Positions 33,001 to 51,725 of a stretch of DNA of 64,000 bases are shown here, piece by piece. Numbering within the stretch: the stretch's first letter is position 1; each line of letters opens with the position of its first letter. The translations under genes were made by a program, and so were the position numbers. The notes under the pieces were generated by a model. It worked only from the letters and a program-made list of their open reading frames with translations. It ran no database searches and had not been told where the DNA came from. The DNA is from Eledone cirrhosa (lineage: Eukaryota): assembly GCA_964016885.1 (NCBI GenBank), contig OZ024766.1, positions 12,710,001-12,774,000 of the forward strand, in the 5' to 3' direction.

Positions 33001-35157
33001 TATACACCAAGCTACACACATTTACCTCAACACACACACACACACCCTCTCCTATACACCTAGCTACACACATTTACCTCAACATACACACACACACCCT
33101 CTCCTATACACCTAGCTACACACATTTACCTCAACACACACACACACACACACACCCTCTCCTATACACCTAGCTACACACATTTACCTCAACACACACA
33201 CACACACACACTCTCTCCTATACACCTAGCTACACACATTTACCTCAACACACACACACCCTCTCCTATACACCTAGCTACACACATTCACCTCAACATA
33301 CACACACACACACACCCTCTACTATACACCTAGCTACACACATTTACCTCAACACACACACACACCCTCTCCTATACACCTAGCTACACACATTCACCTC
33401 AACATACACACACACACACCCTCTCCTATACACCAAGCTACACACATTTACCTCAACATACACACACACACACCCTCTCCTATACACCTAGCTACACACA
33501 TTTACCTCAACACACACACACACACCCTCTCCTATACACCTAGCTACACACATTTACCACAACACACACACACACCCTCTCCTATACACCTAGCTACACA
33601 CATTTACCTCAACACACACACACACACACACACCCTCTCCTATACACCTAGCTACACACATTTAGCTCAACACACATACACACACACCCTCTCCTATACA
33701 CCTAGCTACACACATTTACCTCAACACACACACACACACACCCTCTCCTATACACCTAGCTACACACATTTACCTCAACACACACACACACCCTCTCCTA
33801 TACACCTAGCTACACACATTCACCTCAACACACACACACACACACCCTCTCCTATACACCTAGCTACACACATTTACCTCAACACACACACACACCCTCT
33901 CCTATACACCTAGCTACACACATTTACCTCAACATACACACACCCTCTCCTATACACCTAGCTACACACATTTACCTCAACACACACACCCTCTCCTATA
34001 CACCTAGCTACACACATTCACCTCAACATACACACACACACGCCCTCTCCTATACACCTAGCTACACACATTTACCTCAACATACACACACACACATCCT
34101 CTCCTATACACCTAGCTACACACATTTACCTCAACATACACACACACACACACACACCCTCTCCTATACACCTAGCTACACACATTCACCTCAACACACA
34201 CACACACACCCTCTCCTATACACCTAGCTACACACATTTACCTCAACATACACACACACCCTCTCCTATACACCTAGCTACACACATTTACCTCAACACA
34301 CACACACTCTCTCCTATACACCTAGCTACACACATTTACCTCAACACACACACACACCCTCTCCTATACACCTAGCTACACACATTCACCTCAACACACA
34401 CACACACACCCTCTCCTATACACCTAGCTACACACATTTACCTCAACACACACACACCCTCTCCTATACACCTAGCTACACACATTTACCTCAACATACA
34501 CACACCCTCTCCTATACACCTAGCTACACACATTTACCTCAACACACACACCCTCTCCTATAGACCTAGCTACACACATTCACCTCAACATACACACACA
34601 CACGCCCTCTCCTATACACCTAGCTACACACATTTACCTCAACATACACACACACACACCCTCTTCTATACACCTAGCTACACACATTTACCTCAACATA
34701 CACACACACCCTCTCCTATACACCTAGCTACACACATTTACCTCAACATACACACACACACCCTCTCCTATACACCTAGCTACACACATTTACCTCAACA
34801 CACACACACACCCTCTCCTATACACCTAGCTACACACATTTACCTCAACAGACACACACACACACCCTCTCCTATACACCTAGCTACACACATTTAACTC
34901 AACATACACATACACCCTCTCCTATACACCTAGCTACACACATTTACCTCAACACAGACACACACCCTCTCCTATACACCTAGCTACACACATTTACCTC
35001 AACACGCACACACACACCCTCTCCTATACACCTAGCTACACACATTCACTTCAACATACACACACACACCCTCTCCTATACACCTAGCTACACACATTTA
35101 CCTCAACATACACACACACACCCTCTCATATACACCTAGCTACACACGTTTACCTCA

Positions 35158-35188
<31 letters not shown>

Positions 35189-36897
35189 CTCCTATACACC
35201 TAGCTACACACATTTACCTCAACTCACACACAGACACACACTCTCTCCTATACACCTAGCTACACACATTTACCTCAACACACACACACACCCTCTCCTA
35301 TACACCTAGCTAGACACATTTACCTCAACATACACACACACACACACACACCCTCTCCTATACACCTAGCTACACACATTTACCTCAACACACACACACA
35401 CCCTCTCCTATACACCTAGCTACACACATTCACCTCAACATACACACACACACACCCTCTCCTATACACCAAGCTACACACATTTACCTCAACATACACA
35501 CACACACACCCTCTCCTATACACCTAGCTACACACATTTACCTCAACACACAAACACACACACCCTCTCCTATACACCTAGCTACACACATTTACCACAA
35601 CACACACACACACCCTCTCCTATACACCTAGCTACACACATTTACCTCAACACACACACACACACACCCTCTCCTATACACCTAGCTACACACATTTACC
35701 TCAACACACACACACACACACACCCTCTCCTATACACCTAGCTACACACATTTAACTCGACACACACACACACCCTCTCCTATACACCTAGCTACACACA
35801 TTTACCTCAACATACACACACACACACCCTCTCCTATACACCTAGCTACACACATTTACCTCAACATACACACACACCCTCTCCTATACACCTAGCTACA
35901 CACATTTACCTCAACATACACACACACACACCCTCTCCTACACACCTAGCTACACACATTTACCTCAACACACACACACACACCCTCTCCTATACACCTA
36001 GCTACACACATTTACCTCAACATACACACACACACACACACACCCTCTCCTATACACCTAGCTACACACATTCACCTCAACACACACACACACACCCTCT
36101 CCTATACACCTAGCTACACACATTTACCTCAACATACACACACACCCTCTCCTATACACCTAGCTACACACATTTACCTCAACACACACACACACACACC
36201 CTCTCCTATACACCTAGCTACACACATTTACCTCAACACACACACACACCCTCTCCTATACACCTAGCTACACACATTCACCTCAACACACACACACACA
36301 CACCCTCTCCTATACACCTAGCTACACACATTTACCTCAACACACACACACACCCTCTCCTATACACCTAGCTACACACATTTACCTCAACATACACACA
36401 CCCTCTCCTATACACCTAGCTACACACATTTACCTCAACACACACACCCTCTCCTATACACCTAGCTACACACATTCACCTCAACATACACACACACACG
36501 CCCTCTCCTATACACCTAGCTACACACATTTACCTCAACATACACACACACACATCCTCTCCTATACACCTAGCTACACACATTTACCTCAACATACACA
36601 CACACCCTCTCCTATACACCTAGCTACACACATTTACCTCAACATACACATACACCCTCTCCTATACACCATATCTACACACATTTACCTCAACACAGAC
36701 ACACACCCTCTCCTATACACCTAGCTACACACATTTACCTCAACACACACACACACACCCTCTCCTATACACCTAGCTACACACATTCATTTCAACATAC
36801 ACACACACACCCTCTCCTATACACCTAGCTACACACATTTACCTCAACATACACACACACACCCTCTCATATACACCTAGCTACACACGTTTACCTC

Positions 36898-36931
<34 letters not shown>

Positions 36932-39900
36932 CTCCTATACACCTAGCTACACACATTTACCTCAACACACACACAGACACACACTCTCTCCTATACACCT
37001 AGCTACACACATTTACCTCAACACACACACACACCCTCTCCTATACACCTAGCTACACACATTTACCTCAACATACACACACACACACACACACCCTCTC
37101 CTATACACCTAGCTACACACATTTACCTCAACACACACACACACCCTCTCCTATACACCTAGCTACACACATTCACCTCAACATACACACACACACACCC
37201 TCTCCTATACACCAAGCTACACACATTTACCTCAACATACACACACACACACCCTCTCCTATACACCTAGCTACACACATTTACCTCAAAACACAAACAC
37301 ACACACCCTCTCCTATACACCTAGCTACACACATTTACCACAACACACACACACACCCTCTCCTATACACCTAGCTACACACATTTACCTCAACACACAC
37401 ACACACACACCCTCTCCTATACACCTAGCTACACACATTTACCTCAACACACACACACACACACACCCTCTCCTACACACCTAGCTACACACATTTACCT
37501 CAACATACACACACACCCTCTCCTATACACCTAGCTACACACATTTACCTCAACATACACACACACCCTCTCCTATACACCTAGCTACACACATTTACCT
37601 CAACATACACACACACACACCCTCTCCTACACACCTAGCTACACACATTTACCTCAACACACACACACACACCCTCTCCTATACACCTAGCTACACACAT
37701 TTACCTCAACATACACACACACACACACCCTCTCCTATACACCTAGCTACACACATTTACCTCAACATACACACACACCCTCTCCTATACACCTAGCTAC
37801 ACACATTTACCTCAACACACACACACACACACCCTCTCCTATACACCTAGCTACACACATTTACCTCAACACACACACACACCCTCTCCTATACACCTAG
37901 CTACACACATTCACCTCAACACACACACACACACACCCTCTCCTATACACCTAGCTACACACATTTACCTCAACACACACACACACCCTCTACTATACAC
38001 CTAGCTACACACATTTACCTCAACATACACACACCCTCTCCTATACACCTAGCTACACACATTTACCTCAACACACACACCCTCTCCTATACACCTAGCT
38101 ACACACATTCACCTCAACATACACACAAATACACACACCCTCTCCTATACACCTAGCTACACACATTTACCTCAACACACACGCCCTCTCCTATACACCT
38201 AGCTACACACATTTACCTCAACATACACACACACACACCCTCTCCTATACACCTAGCTACACACATTTACCTCAACATACACACACACACACCCTCTCCT
38301 ATACACCTAGCTACACACATTTACGTCAACATACACACACACACCCTCTCATATACACCTAGCTACACACATTTACCTCAACACACACACACACACACCC
38401 TCTCCCATACACCTAGCTACACACTTTTACCTCAACACACACACACACCCTTTCCTATACACCTAGCTACACACATTTACCTCAACACACACACACACAC
38501 ACCCTCTCCTATACACCTAGCTACACACATTTACCTCAACATACACATACACCCTCTCCTATACACCTAGCTACACACATTTACCTCAACATACACACAC
38601 ACACACCCTCTCCTATACACCTAGCTACACACATTTACCTCAACATACACACACACACACCCTCTCCTATACACCTAGCTACACACATTTACGTCAACAT
38701 ACACACACACACCCTCTTATATACACCTAGCTACACATATTTACCTCAACATACACACACACACACCCTCTCCTATACACCTAGCTACACACATTTACCT
38801 CAACATACACACACACACACCCTCTCCTATACACCTAGCTACACACATTTACCTCAACATACACACACACACACCCTCTCCTATACACCTAGCTACACAC
38901 ATTTACGTCAACATACACACACACACCCTCTCATATACACCTAGCTACACACATTTACCTCAACACACACACACACACACCCTCTCCCATACACCTAGCT
39001 ACACACTTTTACCTCAACACACACACACACCCTTTCCTATACACCTAGCTACACACATTTACCTCAACACACACACACACACACCCTCTCCTATACACCT
39101 AGCTACACACATTTACCTCAACATACACATACACCCTCTCCTATACACCTAGCTACACACATTTACCTCAACATACACACACACACACCCTCTCCTATAC
39201 ACCTAGCTACACACATTTACCTCAACATACACACACACACACCCTCTCCTATACACCTAGCTACACACATTTACGTCAACATACACACACACACCCTCTC
39301 CCATACACCTAGCTACACACTTTTACCTCAACACACACACACACCCTTTCCTATACACCTAGCTACACACATTTACCTCAACACACACACACACACACCC
39401 TCTCCTATACACCTAGCTACACACATTTACCTCAACATACACATACACCCTCTCCTATACACCTAGCTACACACATTTACCTCAACACACACACACACCC
39501 TCTCCTATACACCTAGCTACACACATTTACCTCAACTCACACACACACACACCCTCTCCTATACACCTAGCTACACACATTCACCTCAACATACACACAC
39601 ACACACACCCTCTCTTATACACCTAGCTACACACATTTACCTCAACATACACACACACACCCTCTCATATACACCTAGCTACACACATTTACCTCAACAC
39701 ACACACCCTCTCCTATACACCTAGCTACACACATCTACCTCAACACACACACACACACACACCCTCTCCTATACACCTAGCTACACACATTACCTCAACA
39801 CACACACACACCCTCTCCTATACACCTAGCTACACACATTCACCTCAACATACACACACACACACCCTCTCCTATACACCAAGCTACACACATTTACCTC

Positions 39901-41018
39901 AACACACACACACACACCCTCTCCTATACACCTAGCTACACACATTTACCTCAACATACACACACACACCCTCTCCTATACACCTAGCTACACACATTTA
40001 CCTCAACACACACACACACACACACACCCTCTCCTATACACCTAGCTACACACATTTACCTCAACACACACACACACACACACTCTCTCCTATACACCTA
40101 GCTACACACATTTACCTCAACACACACACACCCTCTCCTATACACCTAGCTACACACATTCACCTCAACATACACACACACACACACCCTCTACTATACA
40201 CCTAGCTACACACATTTACCTCAACACACACACACACCCTCTCCTATACACCTAGCTACACACATTCACCTCAACATACACACACACACACCCTCTCCTA
40301 TACACCAAGCTACACACATTTACCTCAACATACACACACACACACCCTCTCCTATACACCTAGCTACACACATTTACCTCAACACACACACACACACCCT
40401 CTCCTATACACCTAGCTACACACATTTACCACAACACACACACACACCCTCTCCTATACACCTAGCTACACACATTTACCTCAACACACACACACACACA
40501 CACACCCTCTCCTATACACCTAGCTACACACATTTAGCTCAACACACATACACACACACCCTCTCCTATACACCTAGCTACACACATTTACCTCAACACA
40601 CACACACACACACCCTCTCCTATACACCTAGCTACACACATTTACCTCAACACACACACACACCCTCTCCTATACACCTAGCTACACACATTCACCTCAA
40701 CACACACACACACACACCCTCTCCTATACACCTAGCTACACACATTTACCTCAACACACACACACACCCTCTCCTATACACCTAGCTACACACATTTACC
40801 TCAACATACACACACCCTCTCCTATACACCTAGCTACACACATTTACCTCAACACACACACCCTCTCCTATACACCTAGCTACACACATTCACCTCAACA
40901 TACACACACACACGCCCTCTCCTATACACCTAGCTACACACATTTACCTCAACATACACACACACACATCCTCTCCTATACACCTAGCTACACACATTTA
41001 CCTCAACATACACACACA
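27232..41018. repeat. Tandem duplication with about 6866-6872-bp period
   Basis: TATAGACC is at 27693/34559, CACCATATCT at 29801/36667, the 1-bp-deleted CATTACC at 32916/39788 and CACATCCT at about 34097/40969. Confidence 0.92.
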
Positions 41019-44000
41019 CCCTCTCCTATACACCTAGCTACACACATTTACCTCAACATACACATACACCCTCTCCTATACACCATATCTACACACATTT
41101 ACCTCAACACAGACACACACCCTCTCCTATACACCTAGCTACACACATTTACCTCAACACACACACACACACCCTCTCCTATACACCTAGCTACACACAT
41201 TCACTTCAACATACACACACACACCCTCTCCTATACACCTAGCTACACACATTTACCTCAACATACACACACACACCCTCTCATATACACCTAGCTACAC
41301 ACGTTTACCTCAACACACACACACACACATACACACACACACACCCTCTCCTATACACCTAGCTACACACATTTACCTCAACACACACACAGACACACAC
41401 TCTCTCCTATACACCTAGCTACACACATTTACCTCAACACACACACACACCCTCTCCTATACACCTAGCTACACACATTTACCTCAACATACACACACAC
41501 ACACACACACCCTCTCCTATACACCTAGCTACACACATTTACCTCAACACACACACACACCCTCTCCTATACACCTAGCTACACACATTCACCTCAACAT
41601 ACACACACACACACCCTCTCCTATACACCAAGCTACACACATTTACCTCAACATACACACACACACACCCTCTCCTATACACCTAGCTACACACATTTAC
41701 CTCAAAACACAAACACACACACCCTCTCCTATACACCTAGCTACACACATTTACCACAACACACACACACACCCTCTCCTATACACCTAGCTACACACAT
41801 TTACCTCAACACACACACACACACACCCTCTCCTATACACCTAGCTACACACATTTACCTCAACACACACACACACACACACCCTCTCCTACACACCTAG
41901 CTACACACATTTACCTCAACATACACACACACCCTCTCCTATACACCTAGCTACACACATTTACCTCAACATACACACACACCCTCTCCTATACACCTAG
42001 CTACACACATTTACCTCAACATACACACACACACCCTCTCCTACACACCTAGCTACACACATTTACCTCAACACACACACACACACCCTCTCCTATACAC
42101 CTAGCTACACACATTTACCTCAACATACACACACACACACACACACCCTCTCCTATACACCTAGCTACACACATTCACCTCAACACACACACACACACCC
42201 TCTCCTATACACCTAGCTACACACATTTACCTCAACATACACACACACCCTCTCCTATACACCTAGCTACACACATTTACCTCAACACACACACACACAC
42301 ACCCTCTCCTATACACCTAGCTACACACATTTACCTCAACACACACACACACCCTCTCCTATACACCTAGCTACACACATTCACCTCAACACACACACAC
42401 ACACACCCTCTCCTATACACCTAGCTACACACATTTACCTCAACACACACACACACCCTCTACTATACACCTAGCTACACACATTTACCTCAACATACAC
42501 ACACCCTCTCCTATACACCTAGCTACACACATTTACCTCAACACACACACCCTCTCCTATACACCTAGCTACACACATTCACCTCAACATACACACAAAT
42601 ACACACACCCTCTCCTATACACCTAGCTACACACATTTACCTCAACACACACGCCCTCTCCTATACACCTAGCTACACACATTTACCTCAACATACACAC
42701 ACACACACCCTCTCCTATACACCTAGCTACACACATTTACCTCAACATACACACACACACACCCTCTCCTATACACCTAGCTACACACATTTACGTCAAC
42801 ATACACACACACACCCTCTCATATACACCTAGCTACACACATTTACCTCAACACACACACACACACACCCTCTCCCATACACCTAGCTACACACTTTTAC
42901 CTCAACACACACACACACCCTTTCCTATACACCTAGCTACACACATTTACCTCAACACACACACACACACACCCTCTCCTATACACCTAGCTACACACAT
43001 TTACCTCAACATACACATACACCCTCTCCTATACACCTAGCTACACACATTTACCTCAACATACACACACACACACCCTCTCCTATACACCTAGCTACAC
43101 ACATTTACCTCAACATACACACACACACACCCTCTCCTATACACCTAGCTACACACATTTACGTCAACATACACACACACACCCTCTTATATACACCTAG
43201 CTACACATATTTACCTCAACATACACACACACACACCCTCTCCTATACACCTAGCTACACACATTTACCTCAACATACACACACACACACCCTCTCCTAT
43301 ACACCTAGCTACACACATTTACCTCAACATACACACACACACACCCTCTCCTATACACCTAGCTACACACATTTACGTCAACATACACACACACACCCTC
43401 TCATATACACCTAGCTACACACATTTACCTCAACACACACACACACACACCCTCTCCCATACACCTAGCTACACACTTTTACCTCAACACACACACACAC
43501 CCTTTCCTATACACCTAGCTACACACATTTACCTCAACACACACACACACACACCCTCTCCTATACACCTAGCTACACACATTTACCTCAACATACACAT
43601 ACACCCTCTCCTATACACCTAGCTACACACATTTACCTCAACATACACACACACACACCCTCTCCTATACACCTAGCTACACACATTTACCTCAACATAC
43701 ACACACACACACCCTCTCCTATACACCTAGCTACACACATTTACGTCAACATACACACACACACCCTCTCCCATACACCTAGCTACACACTTTTACCTCA
43801 ACACACACACACACCCTTTCCTATACACCTAGCTACACACATTTACCTCAACACACACACACACACACCCTCTCCTATACACCTAGCTACACACATTTAC
43901 CTCAACATACACATACACCCTCTCCTATACACCTAGCTACACACATTTACCTCAACACACACACACACCCTCTCCTATACACCTAGCTACACACATTTAC

Positions 44001-45010
44001 CTCAACTCACACACACACACACCCTCTCCTATACACCTAGCTACACACATTCACCTCAACATACACACACACACACACCCTCTCTTATACACCTAGCTAC
44101 ACACATTTACCTCAACATACACACACACACCCTCTCATATACACCTAGCTACACACATTTACCTCAACACACACACCCTCTCCTATACACCTAGCTACAC
44201 ACATCTACCTCAACACACACACACACACACACCCTCTCCTATACACCTAGCTACACACATTTACCTCAACACACACACACACCCTCTCCTATACACCTAG
44301 CTACACACATTCACCTCAACATACACACACACACACCCTCTCCTATACACCAAGCTACACACATTTACCTCAACACACACACACACACCCTCTCCTATAC
44401 ACCTAGCTACACACATTTACCTCAACATACACACACACACCCTCTCCTATACACCTAGCTACACACATTTACCTCAACACACACACACACACACACCCTC
44501 TCCTAAACACCTAGCTACACACATTTACCTCAACACACACACACACACACACTCTCTCCTATACACCTAGCTACACACATTTACCTCAACACACACACAC
44601 CCTCTCCTATACACCTAGCTACACACATTCACCTCAACATACACACACACACACACCCTCTACTATACACCTAGCTACACACATTTACCTCAACACACAC
44701 ACACACCCTCTCCTATACACCTAGCTACACACATTCACCTCAACATACACACACACACACCCTCTCCTATACACCAAGCTACACACATTTACCTCAACAT
44801 ACACACACACACACCCTCTCCTATACACCTAGCTACACACATTTACCTCAACACACACACACACACCCTCTCCTATACACCTAGCTACACACATTTACCA
44901 CAACACACACACACACCCTCTCCTATACACCTAGCTACACACATTTACCTCAACACACACACACACACACACACCCTCTCCTATACACCTAGCTACACAC
45001 ATTTAGCTCA
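40560..45010. repeat. Third copy of an approximately 4.4-kb block (other copies at about 29250-33680 and 36120-40550)
   Basis: CACCATATCT is at 41081, the ACTTTTAC triplet at 42893/43475/43789 and TTTAGCTC at 45002 (others at 33661 and 40533). This copy has one extra monomer near 42150 and lacks the 1-bp deletion. Confidence 0.88.
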
Positions 45011-45167
45011 ACACACACACACACACACCCTCTCCTATACACCTAGCTACACACATTTACCTCGACACACACACACACCCTCTCCTATACACCTAGCTAC
45101 ACACATTTACCTCAACACACAAACACACACACCCTCTCCTTAACACCTAGCTGCACACATTTACCTC

Positions 45168-45201
<34 letters not shown>

Positions 45202-46499
45202 CTCCTATACACCTAGCTACTCGCATTTACCTCAACACACACACCCTCTCCTATACACCTAGCTACACACATTTACCTCAACACACACACACACACACTC
45301 CCTCTCCTATACACCTAGCTACACACATTTACCTCAACATACACATACACCCTCTCCTATACACCTAGCTACACACATTTACCTCAACACACACACACAC
45401 CCTCTCCTATACACCTAGCTACACATATTTACCTCAACACACACACACACACACCCTCTCCTATACACCTAGCTACACACATTCACCTCAACATACACAC
45501 ACACACACACCCTCTCCTATACACCTAGCTACACACATTTACCTCAACATACACACACACACCCTCTCATATACACCTAGCTACACACATTTACCTCAAC
45601 ACACACACCCTCTCCTATACACCTAGCTACACACATTCACCTCAACATACACACACACACACACCCTCTCCTATACACCTAGCTACACACATTTACCTCA
45701 ACACACACACACACACACACCCTCTCCTATACACCTAGCTACACACATTTACCTCAACATACACACACCCTCTCCTATACACCTAGCTACACACATTTAC
45801 CTCAACATACACACACACACACCCTCTCCTATACACCTAGCTACACACATTTACCTCAACACACACACACACACCCTCTCCTATACACCTAGCTACACAC
45901 ATTCACCTCAACACACACACACACACCCTCTCCTATACACCTAGCTACACACATTTACCTCAACATACACATACACACACCCTCTCCAATACACCTAGCT
46001 ACACACATTTACCTCAACATACACACACACCCTCTCCTATACACCTGGCTACACACATTTACCTCAACATACACACACACACACCCTCTCCTACACACCT
46101 AGCTACACACATTTACCTCAACACACACACACACACCCTCTCCTATACACCTAGCTACACACATTTACCTCAACATACACACACACACACACTCTCCTAT
46201 ACACCTAGCTACACACATTCACCTCAACACACACACACACACCCTCTCCTATACACCTAGCTACACACATTTACCTCAACATACACACACACCCTCTCCT
46301 ATACACCTAGCTACACACATTTACCTCAACACACACACACACCCTCTCCTATACACCTAGCTTTACACATTCACCTCAACACACATACACACACACCCTC
46401 TCCTATACACCTAGCTACACACATTTACCTCAACACACACACACACCCTCTCCTATACACCTAGCTACACACATTTACCTCAACATACACACACACACC

Positions 46500-47886
46500 C
46501 TCTCCTATACACCTAGCTACACACATTTACCTCAACACACACACACACCCTCTCCTAGAAACCTAGCTACACACATTTACCTCAACACACACACACACAC
46601 ACCCTCTCCTATACACCTAGCTACACACATTCACCTCAACATACACACACACACACACCCTCTCCTATACACCTAGCTACACACATTTACCTCAACATAC
46701 ACACACACACCCTCTCATATACACCTAGCTACACACATTTACCTCAACACACACACCCTCTCCTATACACCTAGCTACACACATTCACCTCAACACACAC
46801 ACACACACCCTCTCCTATACACCTAGCTACACACATTTAACTCAACATACACATACACACACCCTCTCCTATACACCTAGCTACACACATTTACCTCAAC
46901 ATACACACACACCCTCTCCTATACACCTAGCTACACACATTAACCTCAACATACACACACACACACCCTCTCCTACACACCTAGCTACACACATTTACCT
47001 CAACACACACACACACACCCTCTCCTATACACCTAGCTACACACATTTACCTCAACATACACACACACACACACTCTCCTACACACCTAGCTACACACAT
47101 TCACCTCAACACACACACACACACCCTCTCCTATACACCTAGCTACACACATTTACCTCAACATACACACACACCCTCTCCTATACACCTAGCTACACAC
47201 ATTTACCTCAACATACACACACACACACCCTCTCCTATACACCTAGCTACACACATTTACCTCAACACACACACACACCCTCTCCTATACACCTAGCTAC
47301 ACACATTTACCTCAACACACACACACACACACACCCTCTCCTATACACCTAGCTACACACATTTACCTCAACATACACACACCCTCTCCTATACACCTAG
47401 CTACACACATTTACCTCAACATACACACACACACACCCTCTCCTATACACCTAGCTACACACATTTACCTCAACACACACACACACACCCTCTCCTATAC
47501 ACCTAGCTACACACATTCACCTCAACACACACACACACACCCTCTCCTATACACCTAGCTACACACATTTACCTCAACATACACATACACACACCCTCTC
47601 CTATACACCTAGCTACACACATTTACCTCAACATACACACACACCCTCTCCTATACACCTAGCTACACACATTTACCTCAACACACACACACACCCTCTC
47701 CTATACACCTAGCTTTACACATTCACCTCAACACACATACACACACACCCTCTCCTATACACCTAGCTACACACATTTACCTCAACACACACACACACCC
47801 TCTCCTATACACCTAGCTACACACATTTACCTCAACATACACACACACACCCTCTCCTATACACCTAGCTACACACATTTACCTCA

Positions 47887-47917
<31 letters not shown>

Positions 47918-48643
47918 CTCCTATACACCTAGCTACACACATTTACCTCAACACACACACACACACACACTCTCTCCTATAAACCTAGCTACACACATTT
48001 ACCTCAACACACACACACACCCTCTCCTATACACCTAGCTACACACATTCACCTCAACATACACACACACACACACAGCCTCTCCTATACACCTAGCTAC
48101 ACACATTTACCTCAACACACACACACACACCCTCTCCTATACACCTAGCTACACACATTCACCTCAACATACACACACACACACCCTCTCCTATACACCA
48201 AGCTACACACATTTACCTCAACATACACACACACACACCCTCTCCTATACACCTAGCTACACACATTTACCTCAACACACAAACTCACACACCCTCTCCT
48301 ATACACCTAGCTACACACATTTACCACAACACACACACACACCCTCTCCTATACACCTAGCTACACACATTTACCTCAACACACACACACACACACCCTC
48401 TCCTATACACCTAGCTACACACATTTACCTCAACACACACACACACACACCCTCTCCTATACACCTAGCTACACACATTTACCTCGACACACACACACAC
48501 CCTCTCCTATACACCTAGCTACACACATTTACCTCAACATACACATACACACACCCTCTCCTATACACCTAGCTACACACATTTACCTCAACACACAAAC
48601 ACACACACCCTCTCCTTAACACCTAGCTGCACACATTTACCTC

Positions 48644-48677
<34 letters not shown>

Positions 48678-49435
48678 CTCCTATACACCTAGCTACTCGC
48701 ATTTACCTCAACACACACACCCTCTCCTATACACCTAGCTACACACATTTACCTCAACACACACACACACACACTCCCTCTCCTATACACCTAGCTACAC
48801 ACATTTACCTCAACATACACATACACCCTCTCCTATACACCTAGCTACACACATTTACCTCAACACACACACACACCCTCTCCTATACACCTAGCTACAC
48901 ACATTTACCTCAACACACACACACACACACCCTCTCCTATACACCTAGCTACACACATTCAGCTCAACATACACACACACACACACCCTCTCCTATACAC
49001 CTAGCTACACACATTTACCTCAACATACACACACACACCCTCTCATATACACCTAGCTACACACATTTACCTCAACACACACACCCTCTCCTATACACCT
49101 AGCTACACACATTCACCTCAACATACACACACACACACACCCTCTCCTATACACCTAGCTACACACATTTACCTCAACATACACACACCCTCTCCTATAC
49201 ACCTAGCTACACACATTTACCTCAACATACACATACACACACCCTCTCCTATACACCTAGCTACACACATTTACCTCAACATACACACACACCCTCTCCT
49301 ATACACCTAGCTACACACATTTACCTCAACATACACACACACACACCCTCTCCTATACACCTAGCTACACACATTTACCTCAACACACAAACACACACAC
49401 CCTCTCCTTAACACCTAGCTGCACACATTTACCTC

Positions 49436-49469
<34 letters not shown>

Positions 49470-51691
49470 CTCCTATACACCTAGCTACTCGCATTTACCT
49501 CAACACACACACCCTCTCCTATACACCTAGCTACACACATTTACCTCAACACACACACACACACACTCCCTCTCCTATACACCTAGCTACACACATTTAC
49601 CTCAACATACACATACACCCTCTCCTATACACCTAGCTACACACATTTACCTCAACACACACACACACCCTCTCCTATACACCTAGATACACACATTTAC
49701 CTCAACACACACACACACACACCCTCTCCTATACACCTAGCTACACACATTCACCTCAACATACACACACACACACACCCTCTCCTATACACCTAGCTAC
49801 ACACATTTACCTCAACATACACACACACACCCTCTCATATACACCTAGCTACACACATTTACCTCAACACACACACCCTCTCCTATACACCTAGCTACAC
49901 ACATTCACCTCAACATACACACACACACACACCCTCTCCTATACACCTAGCTACACACATTTACCTCAACACACACACACACACACACCCTCTCCTATAC
50001 ACCTAGCTACACACATTTACCTCAACATACACACACCCTCTCCTATACACCTAGCTACACACATTTACCTCAACATACACACACACACACCCTCTCCTAT
50101 ACACCTAGCTACACACATTTACCTCAACACACACACACACACCCTCTCCTATACACCTAGCTACACACATTCACCTCAACACACAGACACACACCCTCTC
50201 CTATACACCTAGCTACACACATTTACCTCAACATACACATACACACACCCTCTCCTATACACCTAGCTACACACATTTACCTCAACATACACACACACCC
50301 TCTCCTATACACCTAGCTACACACATTTACCTCAACATACACACACCCTCTCCTATACACCTAGCTACACACATTTACCTCAACATACACACACACACAC
50401 CCTCTCCTATACACCTAGCTACACACATTTACCTCAACACACACACACACACACCCTCTCCTATACACCTAGCTACACACATTCACCTCAACACACACAC
50501 ACACACCCTCTCCTATACACCTAGCTACACACATTTACCTCAACATACACATACACACACCCTCTCTTATACACCTAGCTACACACATTTACCTCAACAT
50601 ACACACACACCCTCTCCTATACACCTAGCTACACACATTTACCTCAACATACACACACACACACCCTCTCCTACACACCTAGCTACACACATTTACCTCA
50701 ACACACACACACACACCCTCTCCTATAAACCTAGCTACACACATTTACCTCAACATACACACACACACACACTCTCCTATACACCTAGCTACACACATTC
50801 ACCTCAACACACACACACACACCCTCTCCTATACACCTAGCTACACACATTTACCTCAACATACACACACACCCTCTCCTATACACCTAGCTACACACAT
50901 TTACCTCAACACACACACACACACACCCTCTCCTATACACCTAGCTACACACATTTACCTCAACACACACACACACCCTCTCCTATACACCTAGCTACAC
51001 ACATTCACCTCAACACACACACACACACACCCTCTCCTATACACCTAGCTACACACATTTACCTCAACACACACACACACCCTCTCCTATACACCTAGCT
51101 ACACACATTTACCTCAACATACACACACACACCCTCTCCTATACACCTAGCTACACACATTTACCTCAACACACACACACACACCCTCTCCTATACACCT
51201 AGCTACACACATTCACCTCAACATACACACACACACACCCTCTCCTATACACCAAGCTACACACATTTACCTCAACATACACACACACACACCCTCTCCT
51301 ATACACCTAGCTACACACATTTACCTCAACACACAAACACACACACCCTCTACTATACACCTAGCTACACACATTTACCACAACACACACACACACCCTC
51401 TCCTATACACCTAGCTACACACATTTACCTCAACACACACACACACACACCCTCTCCTATACACCTAGCTACACACATTTACCTCAACACACACACACAC
51501 ACACCCTCTCCTATACACCTAGCTACACACATTTACCTCGACACACACACACACCCTCTCCTATACACCCAGCTACACACATTTACCTCAACATACACAC
51601 ACACTCTCCTATACACCTAGCTACACACATTTACCTCAACACACAAACACACACACCCACTCCTTAACACCTAGCTGCACACATTTACCTC

Positions 51692-51725
<34 letters not shown>

